From Octopus vulgaris (lineage: Eukaryota): DNA of 64,000 nt. Positions 41,225 through 54,655 of this stretch are shown here, one piece after another. The notes beneath the pieces were generated by a model. The model worked only from the letters and a program-made list of their open reading frames with translations. It was not told the DNA's origin and did no database searches. The position numbers and the translations under genes were made by a program. Where the stretch lies: positions 12,338,001-12,402,000 of the forward strand of contig OX597828.1 in assembly GCA_951406725.2 (NCBI GenBank), in the 5' to 3' direction. Within the stretch, counting starts at the first letter, position 1. Each line of letters starts with the position of its first letter.

Positions 41225-41340
41225 CCTATTTCTTTATTACACAAGGGGCTAAACTAAGAATATGGGTTGACAAACAAGGCCACTGGTGGTGATATTAAGT
41301 CGAATAACATTAGCTACCCCAGTGCGTATACTGGTACTTA

Positions 41341-41392
<52 letters not shown>

Positions 41393-41465
41393 GTAACCCA
41401 TGAGCGAAATACCGCTAAGCACTTTACGCCCGGCGTGCTAGACGTTTCTGCCAGCTCGCCGCCTT
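41225..41465 (-). mobile_element. SINE family C with an internal (TA)n tract
   Basis: Head and tail match family C. The middle is replaced by (TA)n. Confidence 0.75.
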
Positions 41466-41786
41466 GGGATTTAATATACCGTTAGTGCTTGACTGTTAGG
41501 GTATCGAAAATCAAAATACCTCGGTCATTTACTATGATTGCCATTCGCATGAAAACTACAATTAAGTTGAGTTGAACATACTTAATATACAGAGTCAGTT
41601 AAGTAAAAACAAAATGATCGCATGTTATTGTGCCGCGTCGCAAACATAGGTCAATTTTATGGGCAACTACAACGGAAAGCTTGCCCACAGCGCGTAAATA
41701 TAATTATAGTTAAAAGACATTGAACTATAAATATAATTGGACACAGTTAAAAGCCAGAATATAATGTACGAAGTTAATAACCTCAA

Positions 41787-42038
41787 ATTCTGTTGTGTCT
41801 GGTGAGGGTCATTCTCTTTTAGTGCCTTATTATTTAACACACTCACCGGTAAAATTTCCACTTTATTTCTTATTTTCCTAAAATGTTCCTTGCGTCTTGC
41901 AAACTTTTCAATAGTCAAGACTATTGAAAAGGTTGCAAAATTTTAGAAAATAAAAATAAATAAGCGGAAATTTTACCACTTAGTGTGTTAAATAATAAAG
42001 CACTAAAAGAGAATGACTCTCCCCAGACACAACAGAAT
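41787..42038. repeat. about 250-bp fold-back palindrome
   Basis: Centre ttttcaatagtc-aa-gactattgaaaa (loop 41917-41918). Arms pair out to attctgttgtgtctgg / ccagacacaacagaat. Confidence 0.92.
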
Positions 42039-42494
42039 ATGCTTCAGCACACGAACTCACTTAAAGTATCTTGCAAACCAAGTCCAAAAACGAAATATAA
42101 TAAGCTTTAACCTCAAATGTTATTGATAAATGATATGAAGTACCTTCAAGCCAGCAACTTTTTAGTAGCTCCTCGTACATATTTCTTAGTTTATGTACCG
42201 AAGACGTTCATGAAATACCTTTCAAAGAGTATGGCAACCAATATTCACTATACTAACCAACAATGTAAGAACTTCATGGTTGATTCACTTGTCTAGAAAT
42301 AACAATCAATTCTCCGTCAAGTCAGACATTACTTTCTTACTAACACTTTCAAGAAGCACTGGCTACAAACGTAGTCACTCCTCTCTGTCGTTTCAAACGT
42401 TACTACAAGGGATTCAGATACTCGCGACAGGTGGATCCTATGTTTAACCCCACCGACCTTCGCACTAACCACTGAATCGTCGTATCAATATGTA

Positions 42495-42712
42495 CGAGTG
42501 GTTACTGAAAAGTTTCTGGTTATAATGGTATCACGAAGAGGCCTGGCTGGAGGTCTAACCTTCCGATTTCTTTTACAGGGCTTAGAGAAAATGAAGTAAA
42601 GCTGCAATAAGTGTGCGAATCTGAGAGGGGAATATGTTGAATAAAATCATAATTAACTGCTTCTCCTGCAGTTTCTTTTGCCTAAACCCAGGACAATTTC
42701 AGCAGTCACTCG
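42495..42712 (+). mobile_element. mariner-derived MITE (same family as 36782)
   Basis: TA-cgagtg...cactcg-TA, and 'NKCANLRGEYVE*'. Confidence 0.88.
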
Positions 42713-43071
42713 TAGATATTCAAAAGAAACATCAAGAAAAATGTTGAACAAATGTACAGTAGCGATAATGAGAACGACCTCTCACAAGGATCAATTCATT
42801 AATAAAAAATAAAGGTCACATTAGAAAAGGTAGATGTACATACCGGTAAAAATGAAATGTTAGTCATAAAACGGGTTGAGCTGAAGGGACATAATAACAC
42901 TTACCAACAAATATCAGAATTGTGTAATAGTTATCTTCAGATTACACCATGTTATTCTATCGGAAAATGATTCTCGCCTACACATTTTAACGTTGATAAA
43001 CATTGATGTAGATTATGACATCACAGTAAATTGAAAGAGATTATGACATCACAGTTAATTTCATTCGCAAA

Positions 43072-43461
43072 TTTATATATAAAGCTGAAGTTGTGTGTGT
43101 GTGGCAGGTTCGGTGGCCTTCAAGTAACACTATCTCCTCCAAGACCCTGCGACGCAAGTTGACCAACATTAAGAGTATGATAGAAGAAGGCTTGCTCTTC
43201 ATTCCGTAGGAGATAAAATTGAAATCGGACGATGTTAAGATCGAAAATTATTTACATCAAAAAGGTGCTTTTTTTTTCTATGAAAATCTCTATTGTTTAC
43301 GATCTTTTGACTGCTGTGTCGACATTTTTCTGTGTATTTCAACCAGAAAAATGTTCACTTAAAGAGAATAACAAGCTACATAATGCGAAACTTTTACTTT
43401 TTAAAAATTCCAATTCTAAAGGGTCGAAACAAACCCGAGCAACGCCGGACGATACTGCTAG
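43072..43461 (+). mobile_element. non-autonomous Helitron
   Basis: 5' t.tatatataaagctgaagtt(gt)n. 3' hairpin cccgagcaacgccgga and CTAG at 43458-43461, followed by T. Confidence 0.8.
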
Positions 43462-43829
43462 TAATTATTGAAACAATGTATAGTGTCTCCAGTTGATCAA
43501 CAATGATGCAGAAAAATCTGAAAGGCAGAGACTTCTGGGTTCAAGCGATGAACACCTCATAAATTTGAAAATCTAGGAGAGTAATTTCCTGTAACATTTT
43601 GTCTATTTGGTTAATCGAAGTGGTAAAGGCGATCGTTCCTTCTCTAGTTATTAAATTAATTTCTGATAATTAATTTCTGATATAATTTGTTATATAATTC
43701 AATATACTTTTAGCATGATCGGAGATATTCCGGAAAACTCTTTGCTATTCAAATAGAATCAATTCTATCTACACTGGGATTCGAAATCAAAACTACCGTT
43801 CCACTCACGATAGTTATGTGTAATTCAAT

Positions 43830-44160
43830 TCTAAAAAGACTCCGCCGGTTACGACGACGAGGGTCCCAGCTGATACGATCAACGGAACAGCTTGCTCGTG
43901 AAATTAACGTGCAAATGGCTGAGCATTCCACAGACACGTGTACCCTTAACGTAGTTCTCGGGGATAATCAGCGTGACACAGAGAGTGACAAGGCTGACCC
44001 TTAGAAGTACAAGTACAACTCATTTTTGCCAGCTGAGTGGACTGGAGCAACGTGAAATAAAGTGTCTTGCTTAAGGACACAACGCGTCGCCGGGAATCGA
44101 ACTCACAACCTTACGATCATGAGCCGAATGCCTTAACCACTAAGCCACGCGCCCTCACAC
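43830..44160 (-). mobile_element. tRNA-derived SINE: head + body 2 + tail E
   Basis: A and B boxes well preserved (GTGGCTTAGTGG, GAGTTCGATTCC). TSD tgtaattcaat (43819-43829 and 44161-44171). Confidence 0.92.
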
Positions 44161-44444
44161 TGTAATTCAATACAAACGTGTTATTACTCACTCTTAAGTC
44201 AGCATACGCACCCATGCATACATACGTACAAATGTGTATATATATTATATATGTGTGTGTGTGAGTGTATATATACGTGCGGTGTGGGTCTGTGGATGTA
44301 TATGTACCTGTTTATGAAGGTATGTATGTCTATCTCTTTCCCTCACACACATACATACATATATGTATATATATGTATATATATACATATATGTATATAC
44401 ATACATATACATACCTATTCATATATATGTACACATTTATACAG

Positions 44445-44485
<41 letters not shown>

Positions 44486-44692
44486 CATATATATAGACAC
44501 ATAAATACATACACACGCATATTTAACATATAATATACTATATATAGATACATTTATACATACATATCAGCTTATGTGTGTGTATATTTATGTATGCATA
44601 TTATATAATGTTATATATACAGATGCATACATTTATATCTATATATAAACGTATGCGTGTGTATATGTATATAAATATATATATGTATATAC

Positions 44693-44741
<49 letters not shown>

Positions 44742-45451
44742 GTACATAAAAAAGATATGGATTATACATGTCTTCAAACGCTATCATTGAAGGCAGGATC
44801 ATACCGTATGGGGCTCAGCAGAGACAGAGGACGCCGATCTGTTAATGATAACGAAGCAATAATTTCTACGCGCAGATCCTGTGTTCTTGATACTAGAATA
44901 GGGCGCCGTAAGTGTATGTGTGTATGCGCGTGCATGTGTGTGTGTGTGTGTGTGTGTGTCTGTGTGTGTGTCTGTGTGTGTAACTAGAGAAGTTTAAACT
45001 TCCACTTAAATGAGAATATCTAAGAAATCATTTACAAATCGCAAGTACAAACCTGAAACAAACACCGCCACTAACACTTATGCCATGAAATCTAGCAGGA
45101 TTTAATGTTATATGATATTAAATGCAGCGTCGAAGATATCATTTATAATACCATCCTCAAGACTCTGCGCGATGCAAGAATATAGGCGAGGATTACTCGC
45201 CAATAAAACAGTTGAAATTGAAAATAAGCTTAAGAAGGTCTTGACTATGAATCTAATTATTCAAGGAAGGTTATCGATTCAAGCCGTAAAATGTTAAGAA
45301 AATGTGAAGAAGTCTTGGTAAAATTATCGAGATTAGATATGAATTGAATTTACCGGGTTTCAAAGAAAACCTGTTCCCTATCAATATCTTTCTCTAGCGT
45401 CTCTATTCCTGCTACCCGCACATACCCTGATTATATATATATATATATATA

Positions 45452-45548
<97 letters not shown>

Positions 45549-45781
45549 TGTGTGTGTGCATGTATATATGTATATACATATATATTGGGCTGGCAATTAA
45601 CGTTCCGCCGTTTGTTTTTTTTTAATTTTAGACTTTATTGCGTTTTTAAATTTTGGAATATATTTTTTCGAGAATTCAATTTCATTTTGGAATCAATTTT
45701 GTATTTTTTTCTAGTTAATTTTAGTTAATTTTTGTATTTATAGTTCCGTGGATCTTTTATCTTATCATAAAAATGCATATG

Positions 45782-45813
<32 letters not shown>

Positions 45814-45899
45814 TGTATGCATGGTATAAACGCGCGCGCGCACACATACACACACACACACACAAACATACATAAATATAATCACACATAAAAAAAAAC

Positions 45900-46327
45900 A
45901 CTGTCTTGAAATAAACTTAGAAAATCCCTCTGGTATGGAATACATCAATGAACACCAACTCAAGGTATACTGGTGGAATATTCCTATCAAAGTCTATTGT
46001 TGTTTGGGACAGAGGGGCAAAAAAGTATGTACTATCATAGCGGTTAGCTGCCCTGCAGATATAAATATCTCTTTGAAAATCACAGAAAAAGAGGATATCT
46101 ATGGACAACTGCTTCAGAAGTCTCTAGCTTCTATATCCAGATTATGAATTCATATCATAACAATAATAATTGGAGCACTAGGTTTTGTTAGTAAATGCTT
46201 AAAGGAGAATATGAATAAACTGGGATTTTCAGAAAGAGAAACTGACCGACTGATTCGTACATTACAAGTCCAATCTTTTAGTGGAGCAATAAAAATATGC
46301 GAGACATTTCTCAAGTGCCAAACGTGA
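45900..46327 (+). mobile_element. Dong/R4-like LINE 3' end (RLE domain)
   Basis: 'YWWNIPIK...CTIIAVSCPADINISLKITEKEDIY..L...IIIGALG...KICETFLK*'. Confidence 0.85.
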
Positions 46328-47230
46328 ATTTGTCTGTGTTAGTACATCCCAAAGATGGAGCTTTGTATCTTTATTGGAAACCAGCTACCTCCTTAGTGGA
46401 AGATTTATAATAATTAAAAAGATAGAAGATACATACAATAGGATTCTTTCCACTTGTAAGAAAAATCCACTCACAAGGCTTTTGATGGCTAGAGAATGTA
46501 GAAGACACTTGGCCAGTGTGCCATGCAGTGGGACTGAACCCGAAACCATGTGGTCGTAAGGCAAATTCTTACTGCACATCTGTAAATGCTTGTGTGTGTG
46601 TGTGTGTGTGTGTGTGAGTGTGAGTGTGTGTGTGTGTATTTGTGTGCGTGATCAGAAACGCAGTGTTACTGTGCAGAGCGAAAATCAAAATTAAAATTCT
46701 TACAAGAAGGCATCAACGAACCTGTTGCTTTCATTGACTAAGTTTGCTGAGAAACACTGTAAGGACTGTATATCTTACTTAGTGTGAATATGCATAAAAG
46801 AAAACCACGAAACAAGTATTTCGCCCTGAGACAACTGTTCATATAGACGTATGCATGTCATGTAATTGTTCCTGTTGTTTCTCTTGAAACTGTATTACTG
46901 CAGCTAACAGGTTCTCTATAATTTAACAATTTGTATGACACAAATTATCAAATAACTTACGTGAGCTTCGAAAAATCCTCGTCGCCAGATGTTATATCCT
47001 AAAGCCTCCAATATTGTAGTTGGGTTGATGTTGTCGACGATAGAGAAAGAATACACTGTAACTGTGTTATAACTATTCAAAATAGAAACAATTGTAGTAA
47101 CAAACACGTAACGAATAAACAGTCTTTTACAAACCAACCATCAATATTTCCAACACACTAACCCAAACTGTAAACTGTACCTGAACTTCGAAGACCAAAC
47201 TACGAACTGCTGACTACGTCAGACCGCAAC

Positions 47231-47635
47231 TAAGTTAAGTTAAGTTAATTTTTTGGCTCAAAAAGCAAAAAGCAAGGCCATGTAGGGGGACATGGAGTTA
47301 TGTACAGGAAGGTGTTCATGCAAAGAGTTCAGCCCATTTCTGGTCAAGAGACTTTGAACCGAGCGGTCGTCGGCATCTTCACTATCTCGTCCGGCAGCTT
47401 ATTCTACGGATCCGCAACCTGGACGGAGAAAGCCCCTCTCTTTCGATTGAGATGAAATCGTCGCAGATAGAGCTTTTCGGAGTGACCCCGCAGCCGACGC
47501 TCTGGAGCCGAGGTGAAGAACAGGCTCTTTCGAGAGGTTACACTTTCCGCTTATGATGTTGTGAGCAAGAATGAGATCACCACGGCGTCGTCGTTTTCCT
47601 AGAGAATAAACGTCGAGCGTCTTCAGTCTTGGTCT
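47231..47635 (-). mobile_element. CR1 LINE 3' end
   Basis: 'RLKTLDVYSL.KRRRRGDLI...LRGHSEKL...FS....NKLP...FK..LD' followed by a (TTAAC)n tail. Confidence 0.9.
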
Positions 47636-48007
47636 TTATAAGACAAATGCTTGAGACCTAGAACCATGCGGGTTGCCAGCTTCTGGACGGTGTTCCCATC
47701 TATTCTTGTCAGAGTGTCGCACTCTTACCACAACAGCTACTGATACACTTCTATGCTTTTTAGCACTACATGTGTATTTGAGACTCTTATTCATGGCGAA
47801 TGCTGCAGTTTTGTGGCTTTCGGTATGTGTATACACGTTACGCAAGACATACGGAACAATATTCTGTACCAGTACTGCTTCCATCCAAACAACGGTTATA
47901 TATCTGACTGAAACAAGTGAAAGAACAAAATAATAAAAGAATAAAAGAACACACACACACACACACACACAAAAATATATATATGTATGTATGTATATAT
48001 GCATGTA

Positions 48008-48038
<31 letters not shown>

Positions 48039-48267
48039 GTTTGTAAGTAGTGTATTTCTTAGCTTATATATAAATGAACACTTTTAAGCGCATATCTATA
48101 GCAGGCGGAGGCTGGCAAATGGCCACGATGTTTCGTAAATGAATACATGTTAGCAGCGTACTGCTAATACAAGATAAGACACAAACATTAATTTATAAAC
48201 CTTTAATATTTTTATAGTATAGTATCGTTGCAAAATGAATGAGTGTTTCCTTGCCAGCATTGACATA

Positions 48268-49602
48268 CAGGGTTTGACAAATGGTTTTAGACACATGAGA
48301 AATTTTATTACAAGAAAGTTTATTTAATGGAATTACTTAGATGTATTTGTGAATTTTAAATTGTCTGAAAGTAAGGTGTTTGTTTTAATATTTTTTGTAC
48401 TGCGAGCACTTTTTACATATTTTGATATAAATTACGCGACATCAGTTTTTCGTATATAACAGAAATCTTTATGCTAACTTTCTAGTGCAAAGGCAGCACG
48501 CAGATGTCCAATAAGTATTATCTTTCAGAATAGCTTTCTTGAGAAAAAATTTTGTTTGTAAGAAGGGAAAAAACGGCCTGAACCTGAGAAAATAGCTGTT
48601 TCTTTGAAGATTTTGAAGCCTGTAGTGGAATACATGTTAACGAATGATTATAACCGGAAGAAGAAAACAGAGGAAGGAAAAAGGCGAACGGGCAGTGAAC
48701 GAGAAACGTGAAATAGGTGTAAATATTCGAACAGTTCAAAGAACTGAAAAAAATTGGATACAAGTACGGAAAGACGAAGAGGAACATTCATTTAAGCAAA
48801 AAACGTGAGGCAAATTTAGGCTGCACAAAACTATGGTCTATTACTTCTGTTGATTGAATGAAGTAATTTTTTTCTGACACGAAGCAATTTAAGTTCGATG
48901 GACCTGACTGCTGGTGCTGTTGGTCAAAACATGTTTTACTGAACAATAGACGGTCGAGTGGGTGGAGTAATGGTATGGGGCATGTTTTTCCAACTGGGTA
49001 TTTTGTTAGAAAAGAAGGCAGAACTGTTATATCTTAATATATTAAAGAAAAAGAAGAAATTGTAGATACATTTATCTTCCATGCTAGGAAAACGGCCACA
49101 TTTATGTGGCGAAAACAGTTAAGCAATGGATGCGGGACGTGAAAATAAGTCTACTGGAATGGCAGGTGAGAAGTCCAGAGTTGAACTCAACTGAAAATAC
49201 GAGTAATGTGGGCAACAGCTGGTGTATGACGGATCAGAAGTGACAAGTAAGGCAGACTTATGAAACGGGTTTTAGGAGCAAAAGAAAACAGACAGAAGCG
49301 AAAAGTGATGTTATAATGAACGTGCTTCTCCAGTACAAAGAACGAATAGTGCAATTAATCGGAAAGAAAGGCGTCTATATGGACTATTGAAGCCGAGCGG
49401 TACTGTCTGAAAAATATTGTCACATAATATTAATAGAATTTTCTTTAGATATTACTTACATTTTCATATACACGACCAAGGAGTGTAATTACAACAGGAA
49501 TATTATGCACATTTCTAGATTGTTTTAGTTTAAATGTTTGTTTATTACTGTGTTTATAAGCACTACATCTTTTGTTGTTCGAAAAAACTTGTCGACACTC
49601 TG
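48268..49602 (+). mobile_element. degenerate Tc1/Tc3-like transposon
   Basis: TA-cagggtttgacaa ... ttgtcgacactctg-TA ends. Relic motifs 'VIFSD.KQFKFDGPD', 'GGVMVWG', 'LEW..RSPELNSTEN' and 'KG...Y*'. Confidence 0.85.
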
Positions 49603-50049
49603 TATATAAATTTATATGTATATATACATATAGCATTTAATTTGCAGAATATAAAATCTAGAGCTACTAATAGTTTCTGACTAGGCAGTTTTTCATAACA
49701 AGCCTTGTGCCTTCAAGCAATCTAATGGCTCTGAGCACATAGTCTGTTCTATTTGAAAACGGGACACTAGTACATGAGAAATCACGTGAAGAAAAACGTA
49801 AGGGGATGAGAAGGTTGATGCAATAAAAGGAAGTGTGAATAAAAATGGAAAAAGAAAACTGTTGCCCTTGTACCAATTGCAGAAAGAAAAATAAATATAA
49901 CAAAAGTGATTGATCGTATTGACTAAGTGTGACGTGCCACGAAATAAGTAGAGTTCTGCAGTCAATTACTTTACAATAGGCTAGCAATTTATTTCGTTTC
50001 TCTACTTGGTTTGCATGGTTCTTGGTGTGAATCCACATGCTGAAGCAAA

Positions 50050-50388
50050 TATTTTGTGTTTTGGGGGGGATCATTACGCCGATGATAATAAGCACACTTA
50101 CTGGTTGAATATCACTTCTTTATCATAAGTCAATCAGTTGACTTATAACCAAGTAACTAATCGATCAAAGAGAAAGGGCGAGTTATTAATGAGATCGGGA
50201 ATAATGACGAAATGACTTTGACAACATGACAAACAATTGACTGTTTATACTATATTAAGCGAACGATCGATTAGTTAGTTGGTTACATGTTTAGCCGATT
50301 GATTAACAATAAGGAAGTGACATTGAGTCCGCGAGTGTGATTATTTTATTATTGGCGTTATGACCTTCCCACAACTAAGCAATATATT
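50050..50388. repeat. diverged inverted repeat (arms about 120 bp), MITE-like
   Basis: tcattacgccgat...tcacttc.ttat...taactaatcgatc is mirrored at 50264-50385. Confidence 0.75.
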
Positions 50389-51127
50389 ACAAATAACTGA
50401 TGTATCCTACATTGATGCACACTTCAAATACGTTCCGGAATGGTATATTGCTAGTAATTATTTTATTCTTCTGATAGATATATATATTTTTTTAGTCATT
50501 CTGTTGATGGACGAAACTAAATATAGGTAGATATTTAGGCCGGTGCGTCACTAACTCTCTTATTCCTGTCACGTATAATAGATAAAAATACAAAAAGATG
50601 GATATAAAAAAGAAGCGTCAACGTTCAAATTTCAGTTTCCCATAATATCTTGAGAAAATAATGTGCTTAGATATTGTAATAGAGTTTGTAACAAGAGAGG
50701 AGACAGAGAGATAGGCAGAACGAGAGAGGAGAGAGAAGGTGTAAGAGTTAAGGGAAATGTAAAGAAAGAATAAATAAGTATAAGCAAAGAAAAATAGATC
50801 AAATGTGTTTGGTTATGAAAGATTGATGATATTTCTCTCTTCATACCTCATTTTCACCAAATATTTTATTCCACTTATGTATGAGATGGTTCAGTGTTTG
50901 TTTATGTCGTGTGTGTATATGTATGCATGTGTGTGTGTGCAGACTGTGTTTATGCGTGTCTATCTGTCTATGAGTGTGTGTCTGCTGTACTTCGGTGTTT
51001 GCTATTTTATTTGAGCTTTTTACGTCTGTGCGTAACAGAAATACAGAGAGATATTGATTAGTGTATAAAATGATACGGAAATATATATCAACTGAGAGAA
51101 CGGAAGATACATAGTGAAGTGTGTTAG

Positions 51128-51568
<441 letters not shown>

Positions 51569-51657
51569 TGATTGATTGATTGATTGATTCTAGTTTCAGC
51601 TTATGAGCTGTGGCCATGCTGGGGCACCGCCATTTGGTGTTGCTACTTGGTTTCACT

Positions 51658-54655
51658 TCATGGAGGCTTTCTAGCAACTGCTATTTGGTGCATGAGAGAG
51701 TTCGATGCAGCTGCCCTCATCTGCCCCTCCTGCCGTGAAGTTGGTTCATCTGGGACACCTGACAGGAAGAGATCCAGCTCCATTTTAAAGACATCTGTAT
51801 CCACCCCATGCAGGTCTCTCAGGTTCTTCGGGAGGATATTGAAGAGCTGTGGGCCTCGGAAGCCCAGGCTATCACAGAATCTTGTCCTACATCTTGATGG
51901 CAGGTTTGGAGTCCTAGGCACCACGCAGTGGCGCCCAGTTCTGGCATTTGCGTAACTCTCGATGCCAAAGTTCAGGACACTTCCCTCCAGGATCTTCCAG
52001 ATGTATATTATGGCATATCTTTCCCGCCTACGCTCCAGGGAATATAATTTTAATCTCTTGAGTCTTTCCCAGTAGCTTACATTCTGCATAGAGGCTATCT
52101 TCTTTGTGTAGCTTCGTTGGATCGCCTCAAGTTCTGTGATCAACTTGACACTGGATGGTGACCATAGCTGAGAGCAATAGTCAAAGTGGCTTAGGACAAG
52201 TGTCTTCCAGAGGACCATCATGGTTTCTTGTTCTCTTGTTCTAAAGGTTCTAAGAATCCATCCAGCCAGCCGTCTACATTTCATTGTCAGTTTAGCAACA
52301 TGTACATGAAAGGTCGCGTCATCACTCATGTGAATACCCAGGTCACGCACTGATTGTGCCTCTGGGATTGCAATCCCTCCGGGTCCAGTGTATTCATTGG
52401 GTATTGCATTCAGTTTTGCATGCTGATAGTATAAAGCTTGAAACTTTCCAGCATTGAACTGCATGCTATTCTTTTCAGCCCACTTGTATATTTCGTCCAG
52501 CTCACATTGCAGGTGTTTAGTGTCCTCAGGGTTCTGTATTGCCTGTGAAACTTTTGTATCATCTGCATAACTTGTGATCGTGGCTCTCTGCGTGGCTGAG
52601 GGCATGTCTGAGAGGGCCATTATGAACAGTAGTGGTCCCAGAACAGTGCCCTGCGGAACACCGCTCACTATTTGTGTGTTAATGGAGGTGGCCCCATTGG
52701 CTACTACCACCTGACTTCTATCCTTCAGAAAGTCATGAAGCCATTCTCCCAGTTTTCCAACTATGTTGAGATCACGCAGTTTGTGACATATCATTCCATG
52801 ATCGACTTTATCAAAGGCCTTTGCAAAGTCGAGATATATCACTTCCACATTTGAGTGGTTGAGCAGCCGTTTCAGCACCCAGTCATAGTGTTGTAGGAGC
52901 TGAGTTAAACAGCTTCTCCCTGGTCGGAAACCATGTTGGGTGTCGGGCAGCAAGTCATTCTCTTCAAGGAAGGTGATCAGCTTCCTTCTGACTATTCGTT
53001 CCATGACCTTGCTGATGTGTGAGGTCAGAGAGATAGGTCTATAGTTCTTGGCTTCCGCTCTGCTACCTCCTTTATGAATGGGGCATATTTTACCTTCCTT
53101 CAGTTTTCCTGGAAGTTTGCCAGCTGCAAGGAAGCTCTGAAAGAGGAACTGCAGTGGTCTTGCTAGGACTCTCTTACATGCTTTTAGGAGGATTGCCGGG
53201 AATCCATCGGGGCCAGTAGCTGAGTCTGTTTTCATTTCATCTATAGCCTTGGTTACATCGTCTTCCTTTATATCGATGTAATCTATCGTCGCCGCCTCTG
53301 ATTTTATATCTGCAGTGGTAAAAAAGTCAGTTGGATTGGTGATTTGGAGATGCCCAAGGGGTGGAGTGAAAACACTCTTGAATTGCTCATTCAGTATTTC
53401 ACTTACCCTCATTGGTTTTCCTGTAAGTGTGCCATCCTTTTCGAGGAGTGGCCCTATTCTACAGTGCACTGTAGCTGTTTCTTTGGCATACCTGTAGAAA
53501 GCTCTGGGGTTAGATTTTATGTTTTCTATAGCTCCAGGCTTCTTTGTCTGCTCTTTCTTTTTCATGGGAGAGTTGCAGACATTTTTCGATTTCCAACAGT
53601 TTTATTTTTAGGCGGGACTTTTCACTGCTTTCAATCTGTTTGTTTAGGCGATTTGAAAATTTCGTACGCCGTCTCATTAAAATTTTCCTCTCTCTGGGGA
53701 TTTTGTTCTTGTGTACAGTGGCCTTTCTCTCTGGGACACATTTGTAGCATATGGCTTGCATTACAGACATGAATTGTTGAAGTTTCACGTCGATGTCTGG
53801 CGAGGAGAGACATTTAGGCCAGTTTTGTTTGAGGATCTCTTTCTCAATTTGTTTCCAGTTTGCCTTATGGTAGTTCAAGCTGGAAAGATTTTGAGGGTTT
53901 CTTGTAGGCTGCATGTCCGTGCTCTCTTTTGGCCCGTACATGGTCAGCTCTATCATGTTGTGATCCGAGAGTAGTGTCGGTGTCACTTTCACATTATGGA
54001 TGAGATCCATGTCATTTGTGAAGCAGAGATCCAGTGTGTTACCTGCCCTGGTTGGTTGGAGTATTACCTGCTCCATGTACAGGGTGTTGATGAGGTTCAG
54101 GAGGGACCTCGCCTGTCCTCGTTCACATCTTGTCATTCCTGGGAGAGAAAGGCCCTCGGGCCATCTGACATTGGGCAGATTGAAGTCTCCCATAAGAAGC
54201 ACACCTATGTGTTGTTCTAATGTGGTTAGAATTTCTTCTATTTTTATAAGGCAGTCTTCAAACTTGCCCACATGGCTTGGGGCATCTGGAGGGCGATATG
54301 TAGCACACACAACTACATCAAGTTGCCTAATATGTACAATTAGTGTGTCACACACCGAGTTTGAGTATGACAAGAGGACCTGGGGTGTGAGGTCCTCACG
54401 GATGTACATAGCAACACCTCCATGACTCCTTTCTTTCCTGTCGGTCCGTAGTACAGCATACTGTGGTATGTGTAACTCCGCATCTGCTATGTCCGGTTTC
54501 AGGTGCGTTTCTGTAAGTGCTATGCATAAGGCTTGATTGCATGCAACAAAGTCTCTCAGGAACGGGATCTTTGTCCTGTTACTGAGTGTTTGCAGTCCTC
54601 TGATGTTCAGTAGGAGTATCGAGGTGAGGTGTACGTTGTTGCCGGCGGTGTCCAT
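51658..54655 (-). CDS. LINE ORF2: apurinic-like endonuclease + reverse transcriptase, one frameshift at about 53534
   Basis: EN motifs 'LNIRGL', 'LTETHL', 'GGVA', 'YRPP', 'GDFN', 'LDL' and 'SDH'. RT motifs 'GPDG', 'YRPISL', 'DFAKAFD', 'GVPQG' and 'YADD'. Removing one base joins '...DKEAW' to 'AIENIKSNP'. Confidence 0.93.

Noticed and set aside
44085-44160. tRNA genes at SINE heads
   Set aside because: A/B boxes are present, but the heads continue into SINE bodies with TSDs and I could not form a full cloverleaf.
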